Part shown: positions 41,743 through 49,655 of the stretch, one piece after another
Layout of the letters: the number at the start of each line of letters is the position of its first letter
How positions within the stretch are numbered: position 1 is the stretch's first letter
Assembly (NCBI GenBank): GCA_965204095.1
Contig: OZ241991.1
Span: 703,495 to 767,494, forward strand
Origin: Bryobacterales bacterium
GTDB taxonomy: Bacteria; Acidobacteriota; Terriglobia; Bryobacterales; UBA6623
DNA length: 64,000 nucleotides
Direction of reading: 5' to 3'
The notes under the pieces: model-generated
Told to the model about the DNA's origin: nothing
Databases searched by the model: none
Seen by the model: the letters and a program-made list of their open reading frames with translations, nothing else
Program-made: the position numbers and the translations under genes

Positions 41743-42003
41743 TTAGTCTCGGATGAGCTCGAAGCAGGAGCAACAGGCTTCGGGGTAGTCGGCGGGCTCG
41801 CTGACCGCGAAAACGACTCCGGCCTCGTTGCCCTCCCGGTCCTTGATGGTTTCTGGAATCCCGTGCTGGTCGTGCGGAGCACTGAGCAGCGCCAGGGCGT
41901 ACTTTGATCCGTGGATCATCTTGAAGTATTCGCGGGCGCAGTCGGGACAGTACAGGTCGGCGTCGGCGGTGTAGGCGATGATCGAGTCGGCTCTTTGCGG
42001 CAT
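41743..42003 (-). CDS. Small zinc-binding protein
   Basis: AYTADADLYCPDC...DREGN....VF...CCSC. Confidence 0.7.
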   Translation of the reverse strand: MPQRADSIIAYTADADLYCPDCAREYFKMIHGSKYALALLSAPHDQHGIPETIKDREGNEAGVVFAVSEPADYPEACCSCFELIRD

Positions 42004-42024
42004 TGGTGAAACCTCCTGTTGGAC

Positions 42025-42073
42025 GGGTGGGGAGCTTTCCGCTCACCCGTACCTGGCGGAAAGCGGAGAACCC
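42025..42073 (-). promoter_or_regulatory. Conserved hairpin leader element, copy 12
   Basis: Loop acccgtacct, identical to copy 7. Confidence 0.9.
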
Positions 42074-42180
42074 GTCGCGAGCGAGGGTGAGGGTGAAGCA
42101 ACGCGCAGCCAGGGCAAGCCGGGCGAGCCTCCAGGGCTGGGGCCCGCGCCGGCGCCGCAGGTCGAAACCAGAGGTCGAGG

Positions 42181-42483
42181 TTACGAGTTGTTGAGGGCTT
42201 TCAGCTCCTCACAGACTTCAGCATGGGTGCGCTGGTCGCGGATCATGCGGTCCTCGATGCGCTTGAGTTTGGCGAGGAGCGTCTTGCGCCTCCGGCGCCG
42301 TTCGCCTTCGGGGGTTCCCCGGGTCTTGGCTTCATAGCGCTTGTTCTGACACGACCGGCAGACTTGAGAGCGAGGGCCGCTCTTGTACCAGTCGTTGTCG
42401 AAAAGGGTTCCACAGTCTTCGCAGGGGATCGGGTCGGGCGCCCACCTGGGGCGTTCAACGTCGGGATCGAAGAGTTTGCTCAT
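42181..42483 (-). CDS. Small zinc-finger/coiled-coil protein
   Basis: CEDC...CRSC; GGAG ribosome-binding site. Confidence 0.55.
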   Translation of the reverse strand: MSKLFDPDVERPRWAPDPIPCEDCGTLFDNDWYKSGPRSQVCRSCQNKRYEAKTRGTPEGERRRRRKTLLAKLKRIEDRMIRDQRTHAEVCEELKALNNS

Positions 42484-42761
42484 GAGCGGGCTCCAAGTGC
42501 TCTGACTTCACATTAGGGGACGGAGAAGTAGCGACGTCGGCCGTACGCGTGATGTATCTGACACGTCTCTGGTGGACAGAGGGGACAAGTCCGGACGCGA
42601 CAGCGCTGGTTTCGGGAACTGATCCAGCGAGGCTGCGGCCGCGAGGCATCGAGCTTGAAGTCTCTGGACCGGAATTGCGATCAAGCGCGAAATCTCGAGC
42701 GCACAAAAAAGGCCCCTGGTCATCGAGTCGATCACCAGGGGCCGAGTTGCGGACATGGGAC

Positions 42762-43577
42762 TTACTCCACGCCGCAGCAGCGCCGCGCCCACCACAGCGC
42801 GGCCTCACTGCGATGGCGCTGCCACGCTCCCGCCGTGGGCGACCATCGGAAACCGTTTTGCTTGAGCTTCTTGCGAACGTCGAACGAAGGAGTGCCGGGG
42901 AAGAAAATCTGCACCCGGTTCTCCTCCACGTTGTCTACGATGCGAATGTCGCCGTGCTGCTCCTCGGTGGTCTGATCGTCGGCGGTCGCCCGCAGCGCCT
43001 CGATCCGCTTGCGGATCCGGCGCATGTTCGCGCTGTTGTTGGAGAGCTGGAAGGGAGCGATGCCCCGCTCGCCGCAGGCATCCGGCGTCTTGAGCTGGGC
43101 GATGAGCTTGTCGCTGAGCCCCAGCGCCCGCAGATCGTCGTCGCTGCCGGTGCGGTCGGCTTTGCGAAGGGCCTTGTTGATGGCCTTGTAGAGCTGCTGC
43201 TTCTCTTCGAGCTTCTGCAGTTGCTCTTCCAGCTTCTCGATGGCATCGGGATCGTCGGAGGAGACACCTCCCGTTCCGACGCTGGCGGCGCGCCCGCGCA
43301 GTTCCGCAGCCTTGTTCTTCAGCTCGTAGCCTTTCTGGTAGTTGCCGTGGATGCGGTTGCGGAAGTTGCGGTCGCGCTTCTCCGAATGGTGGCCTACGAG
43401 GATCGGCTGTCCCATCGGAATCGCCGAAGAGTCCTTGTCGGCGCGCTGGATGCGGGCGTCGCCTTCGCGCTCGGCCTTCTCGGCCGCCTTCAGCAACCGC
43501 TCGCGCTTGGCGTCCTGCTTGCGTTCGTAGCTGTTGCGTCGATCTTCCGAGGGTGAATCTGGCTTCTGGTCTGACAT
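42762..43577 (-). CDS. DUF3560-domain protein
   Basis: IPMGQPILVGHHSEKRDR, SSDDPDAIEKL, ENRVQIFF...P...R..LK..GFRWSP...AWQR. Confidence 0.9.
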   Translation of the reverse strand: MSDQKPDSPSEDRRNSYERKQDAKRERLLKAAEKAEREGDARIQRADKDSSAIPMGQPILVGHHSEKRDRNFRNRIHGNYQKGYELKNKAAELRGRAASVGTGGVSSDDPDAIEKLEEQLQKLEEKQQLYKAINKALRKADRTGSDDDLRALGLSDKLIAQLKTPDACGERGIAPFQLSNNSANMRRIRKRIEALRATADDQTTEEQHGDIRIVDNVEENRVQIFFPGTPSFDVRKKLKQNGFRWSPTAGAWQRHRSEAALWWARRCCGVE

Positions 43578-43602
43578 GCTGCAATGAACCTCCTGTGAGT
43601 AA

Positions 43603-43651
43603 GGGTTGGGAGCATTCCGCTCACTGGCTGCTGGCGGAAAGCGGAGAACCC
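43603..43651 (-). promoter_or_regulatory. Conserved hairpin leader element, copy 13
   Basis: One mismatch (GCATTCCGC); loop actggctgct. Confidence 0.88.
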
Positions 43652-43710
43652 GCTCGAAGGGGGCGGCATCGACGGCGACGCCGTGAAGGGTGAACGGCAG
43701 CCGGCAGGTT

Positions 43711-43803
43711 CAGCACCATCCGGATCCGGACCGTATCCGGGGGTGCTGGAGGTTCAGTCGGAAGGGGATCGCCGCGTCAGTGCGGCCGCAGAGAAGGTTT
43801 TTT
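43711..43803. repeat. Motif B, copy 2
   Basis: CAGCACCATCCGGATCCGGACCGTATCCGGGGGTGCTG. Confidence 0.7.
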
Positions 43804-44310
43804 CCGGCAAACGCGGATGCCGGGCGTCTCGGCGAGGGTTTTAAGAGTCTTTCGCAGGAGCCGTTGAGGGTCCTTCGATTCCTCGAAGGCGAGCTGCAGC
43901 TTGCGGGTGCGCCAGTGCTGCCGCGCGCATTGCACCGTCAGGTGCAAAAGCCAGCCGCAGGCGGTGAGCAGCAACAGGATGCCGAAGGCGTTCGCGACGG
44001 CCTGCCGGGCGAGCGGCATTTCGATGGCGGTCATGGCCGGTATTGTGAGCGAAGAGTTCGAAGAGGTCAACGCGGCGAGGCGAGTGGAGATCCCGCGACG
44101 GCTCTGACGTGCAAAATGCGGGACAGAGTATTTCGACTTGGTGCACATCGCGCGCTCGCCGACGCGTCGATCTCCGGTGCCGCAGGTTCGGGCAGCGAGC
44201 GAGGCAGGGGGGTTCTTCCGACCGCGGCTCGCCGAGGCGAGCTGCAATGGAATTGAAAAAGAAAGGCCACCGCCGCTGGATCAAGGCGGCGGTGGCCGTC
44301 CGTAAAGGGA

Positions 44311-44583
44311 TCAGCTTAAGAAACGAAAGCCGAAGATGCTGACGACTACTGCGGTGACGCTTATGAGAATGCCGACTGTCCATTTAAGGTTCCGGACGAA
44401 GGAATCCAGTCTTTTCTCGAAAGCATCAAGGCGGGCGTCGATCTTGGCGGAGACGTTGGTTGCAGCCATTTCTCGAACCTCCTTGTCAGCGGCGAAGGCC
44501 AACCGATCGGGAACCCGTGCAATCCGTAATGCTTCGAACAGCATACCATCGCACTTTTCGATTACCGGTTGTTGGTTTGCCAT
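44311..44583 (-). CDS. Small coiled-coil membrane-anchored protein (DUF1640/CCDC90-like)
   Basis: LFEALR.A.VP...A, coiled coil, LKWTVGILI transmembrane segment. Confidence 0.6.
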   Translation of the reverse strand: MANQQPVIEKCDGMLFEALRIARVPDRLAFAADKEVREMAATNVSAKIDARLDAFEKRLDSFVRNLKWTVGILISVTAVVVSIFGFRFLS

Positions 44584-44607
44584 CGTGATTTATCCTCCTG
44601 CTAGTTA

Positions 44608-44656
44608 GGGTTTGGAGCTTTCCGCTCACCGTTGATTGGCGGAAAGCGGAGAACCC
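44608..44656 (-). promoter_or_regulatory. Conserved hairpin leader element, copy 14
   Basis: Loop accgttgatt. Confidence 0.9.
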
Positions 44657-44806
44657 TGGGCAGGGGAAAGGGAAGGAGTCGGACACACAAGATGTGGTGC
44701 GTGATTCGCGTCGTCCGGGGTGGACCGCGCTGAAGGGTACACAAGATGTAGTGTTACAAGAAGCGGCGTCTCGCTGTGAGCAGGCGTTGTGCCAGCCGGC
44801 GAGAGA

Positions 44807-45046
44807 TCAGCCTTGCTGTTGCTGCGAAGCGGCCAACAGGTCGCGAATGTTGATCAGGATTGCAAGTATTCCGCAGACAGCGACGGCGGCGGAGCCTCCG
44901 AGCAAGAAACCGAGAACGATGCCGAAGAGGCCGAAAATCTGATAGCTGGCGGCCATGGCGGCCAGAATGAGCATCACGGCCAGAAGGGCATTGAGAAACG
45001 CGATCGAGCTTGCGAGAGAGCTGTTGATCTTCTGTACGAGTTCCAT
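44807..45046 (-). CDS. Small two-TM membrane protein
   Basis: MELVQKIN...CGILAILINIRDLL. Confidence 0.55.
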   Translation of the reverse strand: MELVQKINSSLASSIAFLNALLAVMLILAAMAASYQIFGLFGIVLGFLLGGSAAVAVCGILAILINIRDLLAASQQQQG

Positions 45047-45242
45047 GGCCGCTGATTGTAGAGCAGGCGGCCAGCCGCCATCAAAAGAGGCCGTTGAGAA
45101 GCTGAAAGCTACCGCGAAATGTTGCGGCCCCAGGTTGAAGATCGAGGCGTTGCGGCAGACGGCGAACAGCAGCGAGTGAGCGGCTGCGGGGAAGGCGCAG
45201 CACAGCTGCGGGACTTGACGTAATCGGAGAAGAGCACGCATG

Positions 45243-45437
45243 TCAGAACTCGAGCTGGTGGCTGTCTCGTTCGTCGATGGCGGTGTTGACGGCGTTGTGA
45301 AGGAGTCTCGACAGCTTCTCGTCGAGCAGCATCATCTTGGTGATGCAGTGCGTGGAACGAAGGCACTGCACGCCGTCGAGGCGATCGAGGGTATCGTTGA
45401 CGGATTCGAGAATGGCTGCGGCTTCGGGGTGGCTCAT
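45243..45437 (-). CDS. Small hypothetical protein
   Basis: AGGAGG plus ATG directly after element 15. Confidence 0.6.
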   Translation of the reverse strand: MSHPEAAAILESVNDTLDRLDGVQCLRSTHCITKMMLLDEKLSRLLHNAVNTAIDERDSHQLEF

Positions 45438-45460
45438 GACTGAAGTCCTCCTGGAAGTAG

Positions 45461-45509
45461 GGATTGGGAGCTTTCCGCTCACAGCTACCTGGCGGAAAGC
45501 GGAGAATCC
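45461..45509 (-). promoter_or_regulatory. Conserved hairpin leader element, copy 15 (outer-stem compensatory variant)
   Basis: Outer stem GGATT/AATCC in place of GGGTT/AACCC. Confidence 0.9.
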
Positions 45510-45524
45510 ATCGAGGGGAAAGGA

Positions 45525-45980
45525 CTAGGGCCGGATTTCGGACCGCACCTTCATCAAAATCTTTCCAAGGCGGTTTTCGCCTTCTCCCCGGCAGACTCCC
45601 CAAAACCGGTCGCCCCAGGTATTTCCTTCAATCAGCTCGGCCGTTCCGGTAGCGGCCAGCCGGCGGCGAAGGTACGCATCCTCGAACTTCGCCCGCACAA
45701 TCGAAAGCATCACCTTCTCCTTCACGGCATCCCAATCCTCGCGGATGGCGATCCTGCGGCCCATTCGCTTGGCCGCTCCGGGGCTCGGGGCGTTACGGAT
45801 CATCACGCGCTCGTCAGGACGGCTGCATTTGGCGGCCTGATAGGCGTGCTCGGCGGTCGCATAGCGCTCTCCCTCCCACAGCAGCGGCCGCGGGAAGAAG
45901 TTCGACAGGAACCGATACGGTCCGGCGAAGCGCTCGATGGCTTGTGGCGGGGGAAGAGCTGCGGCTGGTAGGCGATTCAT
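45525..45980 (-). CDS. NADAR (YbiA-like) family protein
   Basis: FLSNF, Y.TAEHAYQAAK, AKRMGR, DWD..K..VM, KF, L.ATG..ELIE...WGDRFWG...G.GENRLGKILM.VR. Confidence 0.92.
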   Translation of the reverse strand: MNRLPAAALPPPQAIERFAGPYRFLSNFFPRPLLWEGERYATAEHAYQAAKCSRPDERVMIRNAPSPGAAKRMGRRIAIREDWDAVKEKVMLSIVRAKFEDAYLRRRLAATGTAELIEGNTWGDRFWGVCRGEGENRLGKILMKVRSEIRP

Positions 45981-46003
45981 CAAAGGAGTCCTCCTGGCAT
46001 GTC

Positions 46004-46052
46004 GGAATTGGAGCTTCCCGCTCACTGATGGTTGGCGGGAAGCGGAAACGAC
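46004..46052 (-). promoter_or_regulatory. Conserved hairpin leader element, copy 16 (compensatory variant)
   Basis: Arms GCTTCCCGC / GCGGGAAGC. Confidence 0.85.
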
Positions 46053-46111
46053 GGCCAGAGAGGCGGTGGGAAAGCAGCCGGCAAGAGATACGTGCGGAGC
46101 AAGATTCCGGC

Positions 46112-46205
46112 CAGCATCTCCCGGATCCAGTCCGAATCCGGGGGTGCTGGGGGTCCAGTGGCTTGGAGAAAACGCCTTGTGAGGCCTCTCAGCGCACGTT
46201 TTTTC
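46112..46205. repeat. Motif B, copy 3
   Basis: CAGCATCTCCCGGATCCAGTCCGAATCCGGGGGTGCTGGGGGTCCAGT. Confidence 0.65.
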
Positions 46206-46238
46206 GAGCCGCCGCCCCGCCGCGGGCTCGAACACGAG

Positions 46239-46264
46239 AAAAGGCGGGGCCTTGCGCCCCGCCT
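46239..46264 (-). terminator. Intrinsic terminator-like hairpin
   Basis: Minus strand AGGCGGGGC..GCCCCGCCTTTT; near-copy of 46800-46826. Confidence 0.55.
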
Positions 46265-46412
46265 AGAACCCGGTGCTCAGTGAACGTCCCAAGCGGTTCC
46301 GTTTCCGATAGGGACGCCACCTTCGATGACATCGGGCGTCTCGGCATTCGGGATGCTGGTAGTGGTCATCATTGAACTTCTCCGGTAAGCCTAGCACCCC
46401 GTCACGACGCTC

Positions 46413-46571
46413 TCAGTCCTGTTTGGTGATGGTTCTGACCGCGTCCAGACTGATCATGGCGATCACCTGGTTAAGGGCATGGAATTCGACCACCGTGCCA
46501 TTGAGACTGAAGTGGACGGCTTTGATTTCCTTCACCTCGCCATCTTTGTATGTCACCAAGTACGTGTTCAT
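46413..46571 (-). CDS. 52-aa small protein
   Basis: MNTYLVTYKDGEVKEIKA...; below the length cutoff of the ORF track, read directly from the sequence. Confidence 0.45.
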   Translation of the reverse strand: MNTYLVTYKDGEVKEIKAVHFSLNGTVVEFHALNQVIAMISLDAVRTITKQD

Positions 46572-46799
46572 GGGAATCTACTTCGCGGAGCAGTGTAGCA
46601 CGACCACGCACTTTTGAAGCACTACGCAAAATAGACGGGGAGTGTACAGGAAATAGCGGTATCCGAGCGTCTGGCGGGGCGCAGCGTGCGTTTCGCAGAA
46701 AAAAGGCCCATGGGGATACTCAGGGGGCTCAAGCGCGCTCCTGCGCGTTGTGGGCGCCGGTTCTGGTGTTCGAGCAAGAGCTTGGTTCCGAAAGGAACG

Positions 46800-46826
46800 A
46801 AAAAAGGCGGGGCTTGCGCCCCGCCT
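46800..46826 (-). terminator. Intrinsic terminator
   Basis: AGGCGGGGC-GCAA-GCCCCGCCT-TTTTT just downstream of 46842-47108. Confidence 0.75.
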
Positions 46827-46841
46827 CATAACGGCTTGCCG

Positions 46842-47108
46842 TCAGGACTGCTGTTCGCTGTTCTGGTCGGCGCCGTGGCCGTTGGCGACCTCGAAAATCT
46901 TGGTGTGCGCCTGGTCGGCGACCTTGGCGAGGACCAGCAGGTCGTCGCGGCCGAAGCTGGAAGTGGACTTCCAGTTGCCCTCGGCATCCTTGTAGATGCG
47001 CGAGAAGGTGACGTTGTAGCGAACGGCGCCGGATTCGGTCTGGTTGGGCCAGATGGCGGCCTTGACCGCTCCGACTCGAACTTCTGCTACGGGCTTGTTG
47101 CTGGACAT
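46842..47108 (-). CDS. Putative small ssDNA-binding protein (PC4/Whirly-like fold)
   Basis: G.VKAAIW.N......YNVTFSR.YKD..G.WK.T.SF..DDL; function inferred. Confidence 0.6.
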   Translation of the reverse strand: MSSNKPVAEVRVGAVKAAIWPNQTESGAVRYNVTFSRIYKDAEGNWKSTSSFGRDDLLVLAKVADQAHTKIFEVANGHGADQNSEQQS

Positions 47109-47132
47109 GATGGTTAAATCCTCCTGGGTAAA

Positions 47133-47182
47133 GTGTTGGGAGCTTTCCGCTCACCCTCGATTGGCGGAAAAGCGGAGAACAC
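47133..47182 (-). promoter_or_regulatory. Conserved hairpin leader element, copy 17 (outer-stem compensatory variant)
   Basis: Outer stem GTGTT/AACAC; one extra A in the inner arm. Confidence 0.88.
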
Positions 47183-47495
47183 GGACAGGAGGACAAGCGC
47201 AGCGATGTCATGTACGCAACGTCCTGCCCGAGCGTGTGAAGAGTGCGGGCAAGCCGCGGTTTCGCTGGCCGGCCAGTGGTGTCGTCGCGTCACCTGGGAA
47301 GCGGTTGCATCTACGGGGGTGCGAGTGGTCTTGCGGTTCGGCTTGCAAGAACCGGTGTGGTGAAACGTCAAAGAGTGACGATTGCTGCAGTTCGCGTACA
47401 TCATGAGGGTGTATTTCGTTGGCGATGAAAGCGTCTGGTCAGCGAAGAAAGACGATCGAGAAAGCGACGAAACGTTGATGCGGGAGAATGGCAAG

Positions 47496-48221
47496 TTACA
47501 GGAGCAAGGCGGCGCCGGGCATGGCGTTGTGCTCAACGCCGTCGAGGATGCGTCCGCCCGCTTTCGGCGTACGTCCTCCCCACTGTTTGAAGAAGAAGGC
47601 GACGTTCTCGCGCTCGCAGAGATCTCTGACGGCGATGACCCAGCGCCGTTCCATGGGCCGGGCATGGGGGCCGCTCTCGCCGCCGACGATGACCCAGGAG
47701 ATTCCCTCGAGGTCGATCTCGCCCAGGGGAGAGAGAAGCGGCTCGATCGAAAGGAAGCGGACCGCCGCCGGCGCCGCCCGAAGATGCCGGATCCGGACGG
47801 TGGCCGTACGGTCTTCGACGGAGACGCCGCACCAGATATGGCGGGGAGCTTGAGCCCGGCCGTAGCGGCGCTCGAGATAGCGCTTCATGAGCGAGCTGCG
47901 CTTGGTGAGCACCTGGAAGACGTGCCGCTCGGCCGATTCCATGGTGTCAAAGACGCGATCGATGAACCCGGTGGGGATCTCCTTATGGAACAGGTCGCTC
48001 ATGGAGTTTACGAAGACCATGCGGGGCCGCTTCCAGGAAAGCGGCTGGGACAGCCTTTCAGGGCGCAAGGTGAGGTCGAAGCCGTGCTCGAAGGGATGGC
48101 CGGGCACACCGCGGAAGCGCTCGGCCAGGCGCTTGGCGTAGCAGTGGTCGCAGCCGCGTGAGATCTCGGTGCAGCCGGTGACCGGGTTCCAGGTCGTGTC
48201 GGTCCATTCGATCTTCGTCAT
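47496..48221 (-). CDS. Phage Gp37/Gp68 (DUF5131) radical-SAM-like protein
   Basis: TKIEWTD.TWNPVTGC..IS.GC.HCYA, FVNSMSDLFH, LTKR, FLSIEPLL, WVIVGGESG, FFKQWGG. Confidence 0.93.
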   Translation of the reverse strand: MTKIEWTDTTWNPVTGCTEISRGCDHCYAKRLAERFRGVPGHPFEHGFDLTLRPERLSQPLSWKRPRMVFVNSMSDLFHKEIPTGFIDRVFDTMESAERHVFQVLTKRSSLMKRYLERRYGRAQAPRHIWCGVSVEDRTATVRIRHLRAAPAAVRFLSIEPLLSPLGEIDLEGISWVIVGGESGPHARPMERRWVIAVRDLCERENVAFFFKQWGGRTPKAGGRILDGVEHNAMPGAALLL

Positions 48222-48238
48222 GACACTATGGAGGGCTT

Positions 48239-48646
48239 CTAACTACCAGGCATGTTGAGCATGAAAATGGCGAAGACCGCGGCCAGGATGGCAATGAAGG
48301 ATATCTGAAGATGGAAAACCCGGTTGCGGGGGACCGGAGAGCGAGCCTGAAGTCTTCCAGACCGGGAAGCTCTTGCCAATTCGAGGACGGTGATGATGAA
48401 CGTGAACGCGACAAGCCCCACCGACATGACGAGAACGACGAGGACCATTCGCCGGGTCGTGAGGAGCTTGGAGAGAGAGCCGGTACGGGGTTGGGGAGAG
48501 CCGGGTGACGACGCATCGGAAGCGGTCAGCAGATCAGCTCCGCGCTTGGCGATCTTGTATGCCTCATCTTCAGAGAAGCCTTCGGCCACGAAGGCTTTGC
48601 GGATCGCACCGAAAACCCTTGCGTCGATGGGACGATCAGTCGGCAT
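48239..48646 (-). CDS. Membrane protein
   Basis: Two TM helices; chained with the upstream small ORFs. Confidence 0.5.
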   Translation of the reverse strand: MPTDRPIDARVFGAIRKAFVAEGFSEDEAYKIAKRGADLLTASDASSPGSPQPRTGSLSKLLTTRRMVLVVLVMSVGLVAFTFIITVLELARASRSGRLQARSPVPRNRVFHLQISFIAILAAVFAIFMLNMPGS

Positions 48647-48838
48647 TGCTTATTCCCGCCGGTCCTGCTCGCGGTGGTCCTCGGGTGCGACACAAGAGCA
48701 ATCGGGAGAGCAGCGAGGCTCCTGTTCGGCTACAGCGATGATGAGATTGCCGATACCACTGCCCAGGGCGGAAGCCATGAGGACGAGCAACAACAGCGTG
48801 AAGAACTGACGTAGTGTGCTGTTCATGAAGGCATCTCC

Positions 48839-49042
48839 TCATTCGGCGGCAAGGCGGTTCAAGACCCCGTAGAGCACGGCGGCGAGAAGCACGAAGCCGA
48901 TCAGGATTGCTACGGTGGCGATGCTCAAGAAGGTGCAGAGGGAGTCGAGCCTGACTGAGAGTTGGTCCGTCTGCCGGTCGATGCTGCGGCAGAGTCCGCG
49001 GCGCAAGGCATCGATGGCGGTGTTGTCGAGCGGAGAGTTCAA
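48839..49042 (-). CDS. Small membrane-anchored protein
   Basis: Coiled coil plus C-terminal TM. Confidence 0.45.
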   Translation of the reverse strand: MNSPLDNTAIDALRRGLCRSIDRQTDQLSVRLDSLCTFLSIATVAILIGFVLLAAVLYGVLNRLAAE

Positions 49043-49055
49043 ACGGGTTTCTTTC

Positions 49056-49655
49056 TCAGCCTCCGAAGATGGTGAAGTCGATGACGACGGCGGCGGCCAC
49101 GAGCAGGGCGCGGCGGGTCTCGTCGAAATGGGGCGGGAAGTCGATGCGGTAGCTGTGGCGCTCCTTGATCGAGCCGCGCAGCAGGCCGAAGAAACTCTGG
49201 CTTACGCCGCCGGGCCCGGCATGGTCGTCGAGGAGGTAGTTCAGTCCGCGGCGATGGCGGAGAGCGCCTAGCGGCAGCTCCTCGGCGTCGAACAGGTCGA
49301 AGCGCTGCGAGAAGCGCTCGAGGCGGCCCTGGACGCGCCCCAGGGGGGCGGCTGTCGAGGCATCGGCCACAACGGCCCGGGCGAGCCACCAGCGCGTGGG
49401 CGATTGGACGGTGAACAGGTTCCGATCGCTGTCCAGGTCGTAGAAGACGATCTGGTAGGGGCGCCGGGAACCGAGGAAGTGCCCGGACCAGACGGGGTCG
49501 TTGCGTTCACGGGCGGCGTAGAGCGGCTCGCCGCCGGGGCCGCTGACGGTGTAGTGGTTGCGTTCCTCGTAGCCCCAGATGATTTCACCTGCGAAGTCGA
49601 GCTGTGTGAGGCGCGCCTGAGGGATGTTGCGCAGGGGGGTGAGAGGATGGCTCAC
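49056..49655 (-). CDS. Scramblase/LURP-one (tubby-like) family protein
   Basis: YEERNHYTV..P.GE.LY.A.E, RPY, PLG.V, Y.IDFP..FD...RALL.AAA..IDF..F; GTG overlaps the VirB8 stop. Confidence 0.65.
   Translation of the reverse strand: MSHPLTPLRNIPQARLTQLDFAGEIIWGYEERNHYTVSGPGGEPLYAARERNDPVWSGHFLGSRRPYQIVFYDLDSDRNLFTVQSPTRWWLARAVVADASTAAPLGRVQGRLERFSQRFDLFDAEELPLGALRHRRGLNYLLDDHAGPGGVSQSFFGLLRGSIKERHSYRIDFPPHFDETRRALLVAAAVVIDFTIFGG

Noticed and set aside
35843-47182. CRISPR array interpretation of the 49-bp repeats
   Set aside because: Intervals are roughly 300-1600 bp and hold whole genes with RBSs, the repeat has a variable centre, and no cas genes are present.
35843-47182. Classical integron attC array
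   Set aside because: No RYYYAAC/GTTRRRY ends, the element is tied to the downstream RBS, and the integrase shows no obvious IntI-specific insertion. Kept only as an analogy.
47496-48221. Prophage call based on Gp37/68, NADAR and PAPS-reductase genes
   Set aside because: No capsid, terminase, portal or tail genes; the T4SS and ArdC indicate a conjugative element.
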